Assembly (NCBI GenBank): GCA_963696295.1
Contig: CAVOJR010000001.1
Coordinates: forward strand, 1,536,001-1,600,000
Direction of reading: 5' to 3'
DNA from: an uncultured Chlamydiae bacterium
GTDB taxonomy: Bacteria; Chlamydiota; Chlamydiia; Chlamydiales; JAJFMB01
DNA: 64,000 bases
In this document: piece by piece, positions 20,891 through 30,583 of the stretch
Position numbering within the stretch: the stretch's first letter is position 1
Layout of the letters: the number at the start of each line of letters is the position of its first letter
Position numbers and translations under genes: made by a program
The notes under the pieces: model-generated
Database searches by the model: none
The model's input: only the letters and a program-made list of their open reading frames with translations
What the model was told of the DNA's origin: nothing

Positions 20891-22248
20891 AGCTCTTTCC
20901 CTACTTGTAAATAGTAAAGATAATCTCTTTTTGGAAAAAGAGCAATAAATATTTTAATTGAACGGTTCTGACGCGTTTGAAAAGGGTCTGAATTTAATGA
21001 AATAATTTTATTTGTAGGCAACAGGTATTGCTTTCTCACTTCGAGGAAAGTTGAGCGCTCTTTTTCGTGCAGCCCTTTCAGCTGATAAACAATATGTTTC
21101 ACATCTTTGACCAGCTGATACACCTCTTCCGTGCCGTTGACTTTGCAAAACATCTCTTTTCTGGCCGAGGAGGCCTCTAAGGCTTCCTTGAATTGCTTGG
21201 GGTAGAGGCTCTTGAGAATTCCGATGATCAGGTATTGAGTGGTGACCGGCTTGAAAATTTTGGGGTCGGTGATGACGATCAGCACTCCCTGGCAGTCCTT
21301 GTGGGCAAAGCGGCCGAAGAAGGGGCGGTAGTGGAATGGCTTGAAATGGACGCCCGGAAAATTTTGTTTATTGAGGTTTTGCGCAAAGAGATCGGCGTTG
21401 ATCCAGGGCGCGCCGACGACTTTGAAGGGCAGAGTGTAGCCGATGCCGATGTTGACGAGCTGCAATTCCCCTAAGATGCCGGTGGCGGGGTAGTAAAGCG
21501 CCGTCGAGGGCTCGGGCATTTGCGGGCTGGCGGGCACCCAGGTGAGTCCGGTGTCGCTGAAGCTCATCTCGCGGCGCCACCCCTCCATGGGCACCACGGT
21601 AAGGCGGCAGCCGACTTTGTATTCTCCGTTGAAGAGCTGGGCGAGCTCGCCGATCGTCATGCCATGGCAGTAGGGCACATTGAGGTAGCTCACCGGGGAG
21701 CGCCACTTCGGATCAAGCATGGGGCCGTCGATAGTCGTTCCGTTGATCGGATTGGGGCGGTCGAGCACAACCACGTGGGTGCCGCATTTAGCCGCCGTTT
21801 CCATGGCGTAAAAGAGGGTGGTGGCGTACGTATAGGACCTGGAGCCGATATCCTGGATGTCGAAGACCAGCAGGTCGATGTTTTTGAGCATTTCGGGTGT
21901 GAGGCGCTTTAAGGAGCCGTTCCCGTAGAGGCTGATGATGGGAATCCCCTCGTACCGGGCGTCTTTCACTTCCTTTTCGGCGTGGGTGGCGCCGTGAATG
22001 CCGTGCTCCGGGGCAAAGAGGGCGGCAACAGTGAAGTTGTGCTTCGCTGAGAACTCTTTTAAAACATCCACAGTCAATTGCATGTTGCTGTTGATGGCCG
22101 TGTGATTGGTGATTAAACCTACCCGTTTTTGCTTGAAGAGCGAGGCGTGGGGTTCGAGGCATTCGCTGCCCACTTTCACTTTCGGGGCCTGCGCGTGCAG
22201 GGCAAGCGCTAAGATAAAAGTAAGAAGGCAAAAGATCGTTTTCATCAC
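20749..22248 (-). CDS. namZ: Exo-beta-N-acetylmuramidase NamZ (DUF1343/YbbC); expected natural stop near 21008 is out of frame
   Basis: RVGLITNHT, LFAPEHG, FDIQDIGSRSYTY, LDRPNP, HGMTIGELA; signal peptide. This copy reads ttgcctacaaataa versus ttgccaaactacaaataa (LPNYK*) in the duplicate. Confidence 0.9.
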   Translation of the reverse strand: MMKTIFCLLTFILALALHAQAPKVKVGSECLEPHASLFKQKRVGLITNHTAINSNMQLTVDVLKEFSAKHNFTVAALFAPEHGIHGATHAEKEVKDARYEGIPIISLYGNGSLKRLTPEMLKNIDLLVFDIQDIGSRSYTYATTLFYAMETAAKCGTHVVVLDRPNPINGTTIDGPMLDPKWRSPVSYLNVPYCHGMTIGELAQLFNGEYKVGCRLTVVPMEGWRREMSFSDTGLTWVPASPQMPEPSTALYYPATGILGELQLVNIGIGYTLPFKVVGAPWINADLFAQNLNKQNFPGVHFKPFHYRPFFGRFAHKDCQGVLIVITDPKIFKPVTTQYLIIGILKSLYPKQFKEALEASSARKEMFCKVNGTEEVYQLVKDVKHIVYQLKGLHEKERSTFLEVRKQYLLPTNKIISLNSDPFQTRQNRSIKIFIALFPKRDYLYYLQVGKELCYPEFIYFYGSYYFPGIFQLISSNAIRIALLRPLFFRERWFRTPMY

Positions 22249-22358
22249 CTCAAGACATTATAGGATCGCGCCAAAAAAATCCACACCTGTAATTCAAATA
22301 ATGATTGACCTGTTAACGCCAAAGAGTTTATCTTTACCTTTTGCAAGGAGAGAATGCT

Positions 22359-23680
22359 ATGCTATCTAGAGCTTGTTTGTTTTTATGGGTTTTATTACTT
22401 CCCTGGGTCCTTTCAGCTCAGGAGTGCAAGTGCGATAGTCCGAATTGTACTCTTGCGCCCACTTTTTTTCGGGGAAGGCGGTTCAAGACACCCATGTATT
22501 AAGCTGGGGTCCCAGCGCTGAATTCCCAGGTGGTTGGCTACCGGATCTTCCAAGGTAAAACCCTGGTTTCAGAAACCACAGCTCAAGAGCCGAACAAAGT
22601 AACCGTGCAGAATCGCATAGCAGGCAGGAATTACACCTACAAACTGGTTTCTTTTATAGCGGATGGAAGCGGAAAGCTGCCCGCTAATTATTACCTTGGG
22701 GCCTTCCAAGAACACAGATTATACCAAGTGTTGCAAACACCGGCAAATTTCTTTCACCGCGATCACCATTAATCCAACAGATGGCGGCACCAACGGCAAA
22801 GTCATCATCAAAGCTTCAGGGGGCACACCTCCGTATCAGTATTCCCTAGATCAAGGCGCTTTTCAATCATCGAATGTTTTCAAAGGCCTGGCTGGCGGCA
22901 CCTACAGTATTGTCATTAAAGACTGCGAGAATCGGTTCCTTTACGGAACTCGGTGACATTAGCGGGAGCCTGTGGTATTAAATCCTATTAACAATCACAC
23001 GTCCCTTAGCAATCTTGTGAACGGGCTACTAACGAAATCACCTCGAATCTACAGGAGGAAAACGCCCCCTACAGTTATTCGTTGGATGGAGGCCCTTTCC
23101 AATCATCAAATATTATTCTATAGCGAACTGCAGGCACCTACCATCTTGACGTTAAAGACAGCCGGAAATGCCACCGATCCGGACTGGCGACATTCAATGA
23201 TAGGTGCGTCAATGTTACCTATACGATTTCAAACTATCATCCAACTACGCCGGGCTGTATTAATGGCGACAATTATTTTCACTTGTCCGAATATGGAAAG
23301 GCCAATATACATATACCATTGATGAGTGTAACATTTAGTTTGCATCAGTTAATCCTGACTGGTTTCATTGGTTTGCCAGCGGACCTATATAGATTATAGA
23401 TCAAGTAAATGCATTTACAACAACCCAACGCATTGTTATTCAGGAATAGTGCCTGAAGCATGAACCTTGTCAGCTGCGGCACGACTTTGCATATCCCGGG
23501 GCTGGCTCCGGATATTGAGGATATAGCCGTGCCATCTTAATAGGGGAAATTTCCAATGCGTCTCTTTAAGTTCATGTAGCAGTACCGGCAATATTTTAGT
23601 GGCTGCTTATGGTGAGAGCTTTGAGGCAGTGAACCCTGAACGGATTGCCTAAGGGCAGGCGACGAGCGTCGAGGAACCTT
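22359..23680 (+). pseudogene. Progressively degraded duplicate of 23903-25110 (short FN3+SprB gene plus the putA start); likely assembly artefact
   Basis: Near-identical to 23860-24500 at first, then increasingly indel-rich. 23500-23675 still echoes 24978-25110 (gggctggctccgga..ttaataggggaaatt..gagcgtcgagga). Confidence 0.75.
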
Positions 23681-23902
23681 TTTGCGCATTAAACGGCCGC
23701 CTTCGGAGGGCTTCACTTGGAGTTAATCGAATGCCTTCCGGTAGGGTTATGGTACGCCTTAAGAGCCAGCGCCTACAAGCTGAACCGTTGAGGGGCGCAT
23801 CGTTATCTTGTCCTCCTCCCCGCTTTAAGGTCAGAATTAAAATATTGATTGCCCTTTTTTCCAAAAAGAGTTTATCTTTATCTTTTGCAAGGAGAGAATG
23901 CT

Positions 23903-24959
23903 ATGCTATCTAGAGCTTATTTGTTTTTATGGGTCTTATTACTTCCCTGGGTCCTTTCAGCTCAGGATAATCAATTCAAGTGCGACAGTCCGAATTGTTC
24001 CATTGCGCCGGCTTTTTTTTCAGGGAAGGTGGTTCAAGACACCCATGTATTAAGCTGGGGTCCCAGCGCGAATTCCCAGGTGGTTGGCTACCGGATCTTC
24101 CAAGGTAAAATCCTGGTTTCAGAAACCACAGCTCAAGAGCCGAACAAAGTAACCGTGCAGAATCGCATAGCAGGCAGGAATTACACCTACAAACTGGTTT
24201 CTTTTATAGCGGATGGAACGGAAAGCTGCCCGCTAATTATTACCTTGGGGCCTTCCAAGAACACAGATTATACCAAGTGTTGCAAGCACCGGCAAATTTC
24301 TTTCACCGCGATCACCATTAATCCAACAGATGGCGGCACCAACGGCAAAGTCATCATCAAAGCTTCAGGGGGCATACCTCCATATCAGTATTCCCTAAAT
24401 CAAGGCGCTTTTCAATCATCCCATGTTTTCAAAGGTCTGGCCGGAGGAACCTATAGTGTTGTCATTAAAGACTGCGAGAATCGCTACCTTTACGGCACGG
24501 TGACATTAGAACGGGAGCCTGTGATATTAACATCATATTAACAATCACTCCTACTAAATGCGGCACCTTCGACATCACCTCGAACCTACAGGAGGCACGC
24601 CTCCATATAGTTATTCGTTAGATGGAGGCCCTTTCCAATCATCAAATATGTTCATAACGAATCCAGGTACTCACCATATTACAGTTAAAGACAGCCGGAA
24701 TTGCACCGAGACTGGAACATTCACTATAAGTGAATTTACATATACGTTTACTAATCCAACTACGCCGAACTGTAATAATGGCACAATTACCTTCACTTCT
24801 CCGCTTGGCAGCCCACCATATTTTTATAATATTGGTGTTGGGTTTTTTTCTAACCCTCATTTCACCGGATTGAAAGCGGGCACATATGATTTAGAGATTT
24901 TGGATAAAAATACTGGTTGCAAGTCAGAAAAAGTCTCTTTAACATTAACTTGTCCGTAG
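23903..24959 (+). CDS. Short FN3-like plus SprB-repeat paralog (about 350 aa), frameshifted near 24510-24585
   Basis: N-terminus highly similar to the 20890 gene in inverted orientation; continues GACDINIILTITPTKCGTFDIT..PTGGTPPYSYSLDG..CKSEKVSLTLTCP. Confidence 0.75.
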
Positions 24960-25032
24960 CAAACTTTGGCATCTGCTGGGCTGGCTCCGGAATTGGGGAT
25001 CTGATTTAATAGGGGAAATTCCGGGTTTTATC

Positions 25033-28000
25033 ATGCAGCAGTCCCAATATATGGCGAGAGCGAGGCAGTGCCTGAAGGATGCCGAAGGGCGGGCGATGAG
25101 CGTCGAGGAGCGGCGGGAGGCGGCCATTCAGCTGGCGGCGTGCATGCTGAGGGAGGCGCGCCGCATAGAGTCTGAGGCCGAAAGGGCGGCGCAAGGGGAG
25201 ATTGCCGGAATGATCCGCGATCTCCGCGGCAAAGCCTTTACGATTTGTCTGACCGATCAATGCTTCCGGTCCAGGAACGCGGCGCGCGTAGCCGATCAAA
25301 TGATCTTCCTTTTACATAAATTCGGCATTCCTAAGTTCGTCTCTTTTGATAAGCGCCTGGAACTGATGGCGTTCCGCACCTTCGGCAGAATGGGTGCGGG
25401 TGTCATGGTGCCTTTGGCCAAGAAGATGCTGAGGCGGCAAACCCGTCAGGTGATTTTGCCGGGAGAGCAGAGGGCCTTGAACCGGCATATCGAAAAAAGG
25501 CAAAGGGAGGGGGTGCGCGTCAATCTGAACCGCCTGGGGGAAGCGATCCTGGGCGAGGCGGAAGCCAAAAGGCGCCTTGATCTCTATCTGGAGGATTTGC
25601 GGAATCCAAAAATCGATTATATTTCGGTGAAAATTTCTACGCTGTTCAGCCAGCTGAACTTGCTGGCATGGGATCATACGCTCGAGATTTTAGCCGGACG
25701 CTACCGCACCCTTTTGCGCCAAAATAAATTTATCAATCTCGATATGGAGGAGTACCGCGATCTCCATCTGACGGTGGCGCTTTTCAAAAAAGTGTTGGAA
25801 GAGCCTGAATTTTTCCAGTGCCGGGCCGGCATCGTGCTGCAAAGCTATCTGCCCGACTCCTATCTGATCCAGCAGGAGCTGACGATCTTTGCGATGCAGC
25901 GGGTGGTGAATGGGGGCGCGCCGGTCAAAATCCGCCTGGTGAAAGGAGCTAACCTCGCTATGGAGAAGGTGGAAGCATCGCTTCGCAACTGGCCGCAGGC
26001 GCCCTACGATGAGAAGGTGGATGTCGACGCAAATTACAAAAGAATGCTCGGCTACGCCTTGGAGCCGGAGCACGCAGAGGCGGCGCACATCGGCGTGGCC
26101 AGCCACAATCTCTTCGATATCGCCTACGCTTTTTTATTGCGGTCGGAGAAGGGGGTGGAGAAGTTTGTCGAATTCGAGATGCTCGAGGGGATGGCAGGGC
26201 CCATTCAGCGGGTGGTGCAGGAGCTTTCCCAGGGGATGCTGCTTTATTGCCCGGCGGCCACTGATGAGGAGTTTCAGTATGCCATGGCCTATCTGGTGCG
26301 CCGCCTGGATGAAAACACGGCTCCCGATAACTTTTTGCGATATGCCTTTGATCTGCAGCCGGACACGCATGAGTGGTATCAGCAGACCAGCCTCTTCTCT
26401 GAGGCCTGTCACCGGATAAGAAATGTCAGCTCCGCGCCGCGCCGTGTCCAAAAGAGGGCCTTATTCCCCTTTTCAGGCAGAATTTCGACCGGTCGAGAGG
26501 GGGCAGATATTGGAATTTCCGAGGAGAAAAGCGCAATAGATGATCACGGTCGAAAGGAAAAGAGAGTGGAACCGGAGCTCTTCTCTCCTTTTGAAAATGA
26601 ACCTGATACTGATTGGACGCTCTTTCAGAACCGGAAATGGGCGGAAGAGATTTTGGAATGGCAGGGGAAAACCGACCAAATCCCCGTGTGTATCGCAGGC
26701 GAGGAAGTTTTGACGAAGCAGGTAAAGGCCGGCTTCGACCCCTCTACCGGAAAAGAGCTCTACTGCGCTTCTTTGGCTGATCAGGACCTGGTGGAGAGGG
26801 CCCTCGTTTGCGCGAAAGAGGAGGAGCCGGTCGCCGCCAAAAGCTCTTTGGCGGAGCGGGCGGTGCTGATGGCCCACGCGGCAGAGGCTATTCGGCAGAA
26901 GCGGAATGACCTGATCGGCGCCATGATCGCCGACGGGGGCAAAACTATTTTTGAAGCGGATATCGAAGCGACCGAAGCGATCGATTTTCTAGAGTATTAC
27001 TACCGGAATCTCAAAGAGTGGCTGGCCCATGACGATATCGAGTGGCGTCCGAAGGGGACTGTGCTGGTCGCGCCGCCCTGGAACTTCCCCTGCTCGATTC
27101 CGGCGGGGTGTATCGCGGCGGCTTTGGCCGGGGGAAACAGCGTGATTTTTAAACCGGCGCCCGAGACGGTTCTCGTAGGCTTTGTCCTGGCCCAAATTTT
27201 TTGGGAAGCGGGCGTCAGCAGACGGCGGCTGCAGTTTTTGACCGGAGAAGATGAGACGGCCGGCACCCTTTTAATCAAAGATCCGCGGGTCGATCTGGTG
27301 GTCCTGACGGGGGGCACCGAAACGGCCAGGATGATGACGCGCCTGCGGCCGGGCCTCGATCTGATCGGCGAGACGGGGGGAAAGAACGCGATGATTATCA
27401 CGCGCCTCTCCGACCGGGACCTTGCGGTGCGCGATCTGGTGCAGTCGGCCTTTGGCCACGCCGGACAGAAGTGCAGCGCCTGCAGTCTCGCTATTTTAGA
27501 AGCCGAAGTGTATGACAGCCTAGACTTTCGCGAGGCGCTCAAGGATGCCGCCGCGAGCCTGCCGGCCGGATCGGCCTGGGATTTTACCACTAAGATTAAT
27601 CCGCTGATCAAAGCGCCCGAAGGAAAGCTGCTGCGCGCTTTAACCATTCTGGAGGAAGGGGAGGAGTGGCTGCTGAAACCGGTGGCGGACTCCAAGAACC
27701 CAAACCTCTGGAGCCCCGGCATCAAACTCGGCGTCAAAGCAGGCTCGTTTACCCACCAAAATGAGCTGTTCGGGCCGGTGTTGGGGGTGATGCGGGCCGA
27801 TAATCTGGCGCATGCCCTGCAACTGGCCAATGGAACCGCGTACGGCCTGACGTCGGGCCTCCACTCGCTCGATGAGCGGGAGCAGAGGGAGTGGATGCAA
27901 AAAATTGAAGCGGGCAACGGCTATATCAACCGGGGCATGACGGGGGCGATCGTCGGGCGGCAGCCCTTTGGCGGATGCAAGGCGAGCAGCTTCGGCTTTG

Positions 28001-28626
28001 GAGCGAAGGCCGGCGGCCCGAACTATTTGACCGAATTCATGCATGCCAGACAAATTTCTCTGCCGGCTCAGGAGCTGGAACCGGTGAAAGCGGTGAGCCT
28101 TCTGACGCGCTATATACCGGCAAATGAGCTCGATGTCTGGCGGGTAAGTGTGGCCAATTACGCCTACTACTATGCCCAGGTGTTTAGCCGGGATAATTAT
28201 TTAAGCCGTTTGACCGGCCAGGATAATTTCTTGCGCTATCTTCCCCGCAAAAAAAGTTGTCTTAGAATCAATAAAGGGGATGAATTAATCGACGGGTTGC
28301 GTATAATTGCTGCAGCCCTGACTTGCGGCGCGCCGCTTGAGGTGAGCAGCGAGGCTCCTTTGGGAATCCAAGAGGAGCTGCACGGGATCTCCTTTGTCCA
28401 GGAGACGGAAGCGGCGCTGATCGGCCGCCTTGGGGAGATCAGGCGGCTCCGGATGATTTCCGCGCCCTCGGCCGGGCTGCTGGCCGCGGCGGCGGAAAAG
28501 ATATCGCTAAAACCGGTGCTGGCCAATGGGCGGCTCGAGCTGCTCAACTATTTGCAAGAGGCGGCTTTCAGTGTCGACTACCACCGGTATGGCAATTTAG
28601 GCGAAGGATTTGACAGATGTTATTAG
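25033..28626 (+). CDS. putA: Bifunctional proline dehydrogenase / P5C dehydrogenase
   Basis: NLDMEEY, IRLVKGANL, ASHNLFD, YLVRRLDEN, PWNFP, ETGGKN, AGQKCSA, ELFGPVL, QPFGG. Confidence 0.95.
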   Translation: MQQSQYMARARQCLKDAEGRAMSVEERREAAIQLAACMLREARRIESEAERAAQGEIAGMIRDLRGKAFTICLTDQCFRSRNAARVADQMIFLLHKFGIPKFVSFDKRLELMAFRTFGRMGAGVMVPLAKKMLRRQTRQVILPGEQRALNRHIEKRQREGVRVNLNRLGEAILGEAEAKRRLDLYLEDLRNPKIDYISVKISTLFSQLNLLAWDHTLEILAGRYRTLLRQNKFINLDMEEYRDLHLTVALFKKVLEEPEFFQCRAGIVLQSYLPDSYLIQQELTIFAMQRVVNGGAPVKIRLVKGANLAMEKVEASLRNWPQAPYDEKVDVDANYKRMLGYALEPEHAEAAHIGVASHNLFDIAYAFLLRSEKGVEKFVEFEMLEGMAGPIQRVVQELSQGMLLYCPAATDEEFQYAMAYLVRRLDENTAPDNFLRYAFDLQPDTHEWYQQTSLFSEACHRIRNVSSAPRRVQKRALFPFSGRISTGREGADIGISEEKSAIDDHGRKEKRVEPELFSPFENEPDTDWTLFQNRKWAEEILEWQGKTDQIPVCIAGEEVLTKQVKAGFDPSTGKELYCASLADQDLVERALVCAKEEEPVAAKSSLAERAVLMAHAAEAIRQKRNDLIGAMIADGGKTIFEADIEATEAIDFLEYYYRNLKEWLAHDDIEWRPKGTVLVAPPWNFPCSIPAGCIAAALAGGNSVIFKPAPETVLVGFVLAQIFWEAGVSRRRLQFLTGEDETAGTLLIKDPRVDLVVLTGGTETARMMTRLRPGLDLIGETGGKNAMIITRLSDRDLAVRDLVQSAFGHAGQKCSACSLAILEAEVYDSLDFREALKDAAASLPAGSAWDFTTKINPLIKAPEGKLLRALTILEEGEEWLLKPVADSKNPNLWSPGIKLGVKAGSFTHQNELFGPVLGVMRADNLAHALQLANGTAYGLTSGLHSLDEREQREWMQKIEAGNGYINRGMTGAIVGRQPFGGCKASSFGFGAKAGGPNYLTEFMHARQISLPAQELEPVKAVSLLTRYIPANELDVWRVSVANYAYYYAQVFSRDNYLSRLTGQDNFLRYLPRKKSCLRINKGDELIDGLRIIAAALTCGAPLEVSSEAPLGIQEELHGISFVQETEAALIGRLGEIRRLRMISAPSAGLLAAAAEKISLKPVLANGRLELLNYLQEAAFSVDYHRYGNLGEGFDRCY
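26452..26582. repeat. Palindromic element inserted in frame in the putA linker
   Basis: tttcgaccg (26483-26491) pairs with cggtcgaaa (26547-26555); internal palindrome tcgaccggtcga; imperfect outer arms. Confidence 0.5.
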
Positions 28627-30515
28627 AAGAACTCAATGTAGAACAACAAGAAGCTGTGACTAAAGTCAACGGACCTATGCTGGTGCTGGCCGGCGCCGGC
28701 TCGGGGAAAACGCGCGTGGTGACTTACCGCATCGCCCACCTGATCGATCAGGGGGTGCCACCCGGTAAAATCTTGGGCCTCACCTTCACCAATAAGGCGG
28801 CGCGCGAGATGAAAGAGCGGGTGATGGCGCTGACTCACAGCCATGTGCTGATCTGCACTTTCCATAGCCTTGGCGCGCGCATCTTGCGCGAATGGGCCGA
28901 GGTGCTCGGCTATCCTCCGAATTTCACCATCTACGACGACCAGGATACCGATAAGCTGATCAAGAATTGCCTGCTGGAGCTTTACCCCGAGGAGAAAAAA
29001 CTCGATCCCAAGGCCTTTAAGGGGATGATTTCAAAAGCCAAAAACGCCATGCAGATGCCGGATGAAGTCGATACGAGGGAGCTTAACACGCGGCAGGAGT
29101 CTTATTTTCCAAGAGTGTACGAAGTGTATCAGGAAAAACTTTTGGCTTATGGCGCGCTCGATTTTGACGACCTGCTCTTTTTGACGGTGCGCCTCCTGCG
29201 CGAGCACCCAAATGTTCTCGAGCTTTGCCAAAACCGCTGGTCCCACCTTTTGGTGGATGAGTACCAGGACACGAATGCCGCTCAATACGCCCTGATCACC
29301 TATCTGGCGGGCCAAAGCCGCAATATCTGCGTGGTCGGCGATCCCGATCAGTCGATCTACTCCTGGCGCGGGGCGAACATCCACAACATCCTCCATTTTG
29401 AGAAGGATTATCCCGGCACGCAAGTGATCCGGCTCGAGAGAAACTACCGCAGCCGCTCAAATATCCTTGAGGCGGCCAACTCTTTGATTTTGAATAATGA
29501 CCAGCGCATTGATAAACGCCTTTGGAGCGAACTTGGCCCGGGGGAAAAGATCAAATGCCACACCGCCTATAACGAAAGGGACGAAGCCGCCTATATCGCC
29601 GAGCAGATCCGCTACCACCATGATTATCAGGGGATTCCTTTGAGCGACATGGTGATTTTTTACCGCACCAACGCCCAGTCGCGGGTGTTTGAGGATGAAC
29701 TGCCCTACCAAAAGATCCCCTATATCATCGTCGGGGGGATCTCCTTTTATCAAAGGCGGGAAATCAAAGATATTCTGGCTTATCTTCGCATGGTGCAATC
29801 GGATGCCGATTTCATCTCCTTCTCCCGCACCATCAACCTGCCCAAGCGGGGGATTGGCGGGGCGAGCATCGAAAAACTGCGCCAGCGGGCCGAGGCGGAC
29901 GGCGTGCCGATCTTGCACTATTGCCGAAACTCCCCCATTCAGCTGCCCGCCCGGCAGCAAAAGGGGCTGCAGGAGTATGTGGAACTAATCATGGACTTGC
30001 GCCGCCACAAAGGGCAGATCGGCAAACTCGTGCAGAAAACCATCGAAGATAGCCATTATCTCAGCTTTTTGACCGAAGAGCCGGACAGTTTCGACGAACG
30101 GAAGGAGAACCTCGACGCCCTGATCGCCAAGGCGATGGAGTGGGAGGCTTCCACGGAAGGGCCGACGCTGGACGCCTTCCTGGAGGAGCTCGCCCTCAAG
30201 TCGGGCACCGACGAAATGAAAGAGGGGGAGGACCGCGTCAATTTGATGACCCTGCATAACGGCAAGGGCCTGGAGTTCACCGTGACCTTTCTCGCCGGCA
30301 TGGAGGAGGATCTCCTGCCCCATGTCAATTCCAGGGGCAGCCAGGAGGCCTTAGAGGAGGAGCGGCGCCTCTGCTACGTCGGCATGACGCGCGCCAAAGA
30401 GGTACTCTATCTGATCAACTGCGAACAGCGGTTCATCTGGGGCATGCAGCGCTCCCAGCGCCCCAGCCGCTTCCTGAAAGAGGTGCCCTACAAGCTCAAA
30501 GAGATCGTGTACTGA
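28617..30515 (+). CDS. uvrD: UvrD/PcrA DNA helicase
   Basis: AGAGSGKT, TFTNKAA, DEYQDTN, VGDPDQSIY, NYRS, KGLEF, EERRLCYVGMTRA. Confidence 0.95.
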   Translation: MLLEELNVEQQEAVTKVNGPMLVLAGAGSGKTRVVTYRIAHLIDQGVPPGKILGLTFTNKAAREMKERVMALTHSHVLICTFHSLGARILREWAEVLGYPPNFTIYDDQDTDKLIKNCLLELYPEEKKLDPKAFKGMISKAKNAMQMPDEVDTRELNTRQESYFPRVYEVYQEKLLAYGALDFDDLLFLTVRLLREHPNVLELCQNRWSHLLVDEYQDTNAAQYALITYLAGQSRNICVVGDPDQSIYSWRGANIHNILHFEKDYPGTQVIRLERNYRSRSNILEAANSLILNNDQRIDKRLWSELGPGEKIKCHTAYNERDEAAYIAEQIRYHHDYQGIPLSDMVIFYRTNAQSRVFEDELPYQKIPYIIVGGISFYQRREIKDILAYLRMVQSDADFISFSRTINLPKRGIGGASIEKLRQRAEADGVPILHYCRNSPIQLPARQQKGLQEYVELIMDLRRHKGQIGKLVQKTIEDSHYLSFLTEEPDSFDERKENLDALIAKAMEWEASTEGPTLDAFLEELALKSGTDEMKEGEDRVNLMTLHNGKGLEFTVTFLAGMEEDLLPHVNSRGSQEALEEERRLCYVGMTRAKEVLYLINCEQRFIWGMQRSQRPSRFLKEVPYKLKEIVY

Positions 30516-30583
30516 ACATTTGTAAAATTCCATTTTTACATATTATCTTTAATTTTAAAATCAGCTGCGCTACCTTGGTGCCT

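Noticed and set aside
22320..24959. Diversity-generating retroelement template/variable repeat pair
   Set aside because: Differences are largely indels rather than adenine-specific substitutions, and no reverse transcriptase is present
25312..30328. Long antisense and alternate-frame ORFs over putA and uvrD (also over htpG, nqrF, nadE)
   Set aside because: Shadow ORFs of GC-rich coding sequence with no recognisable motifs
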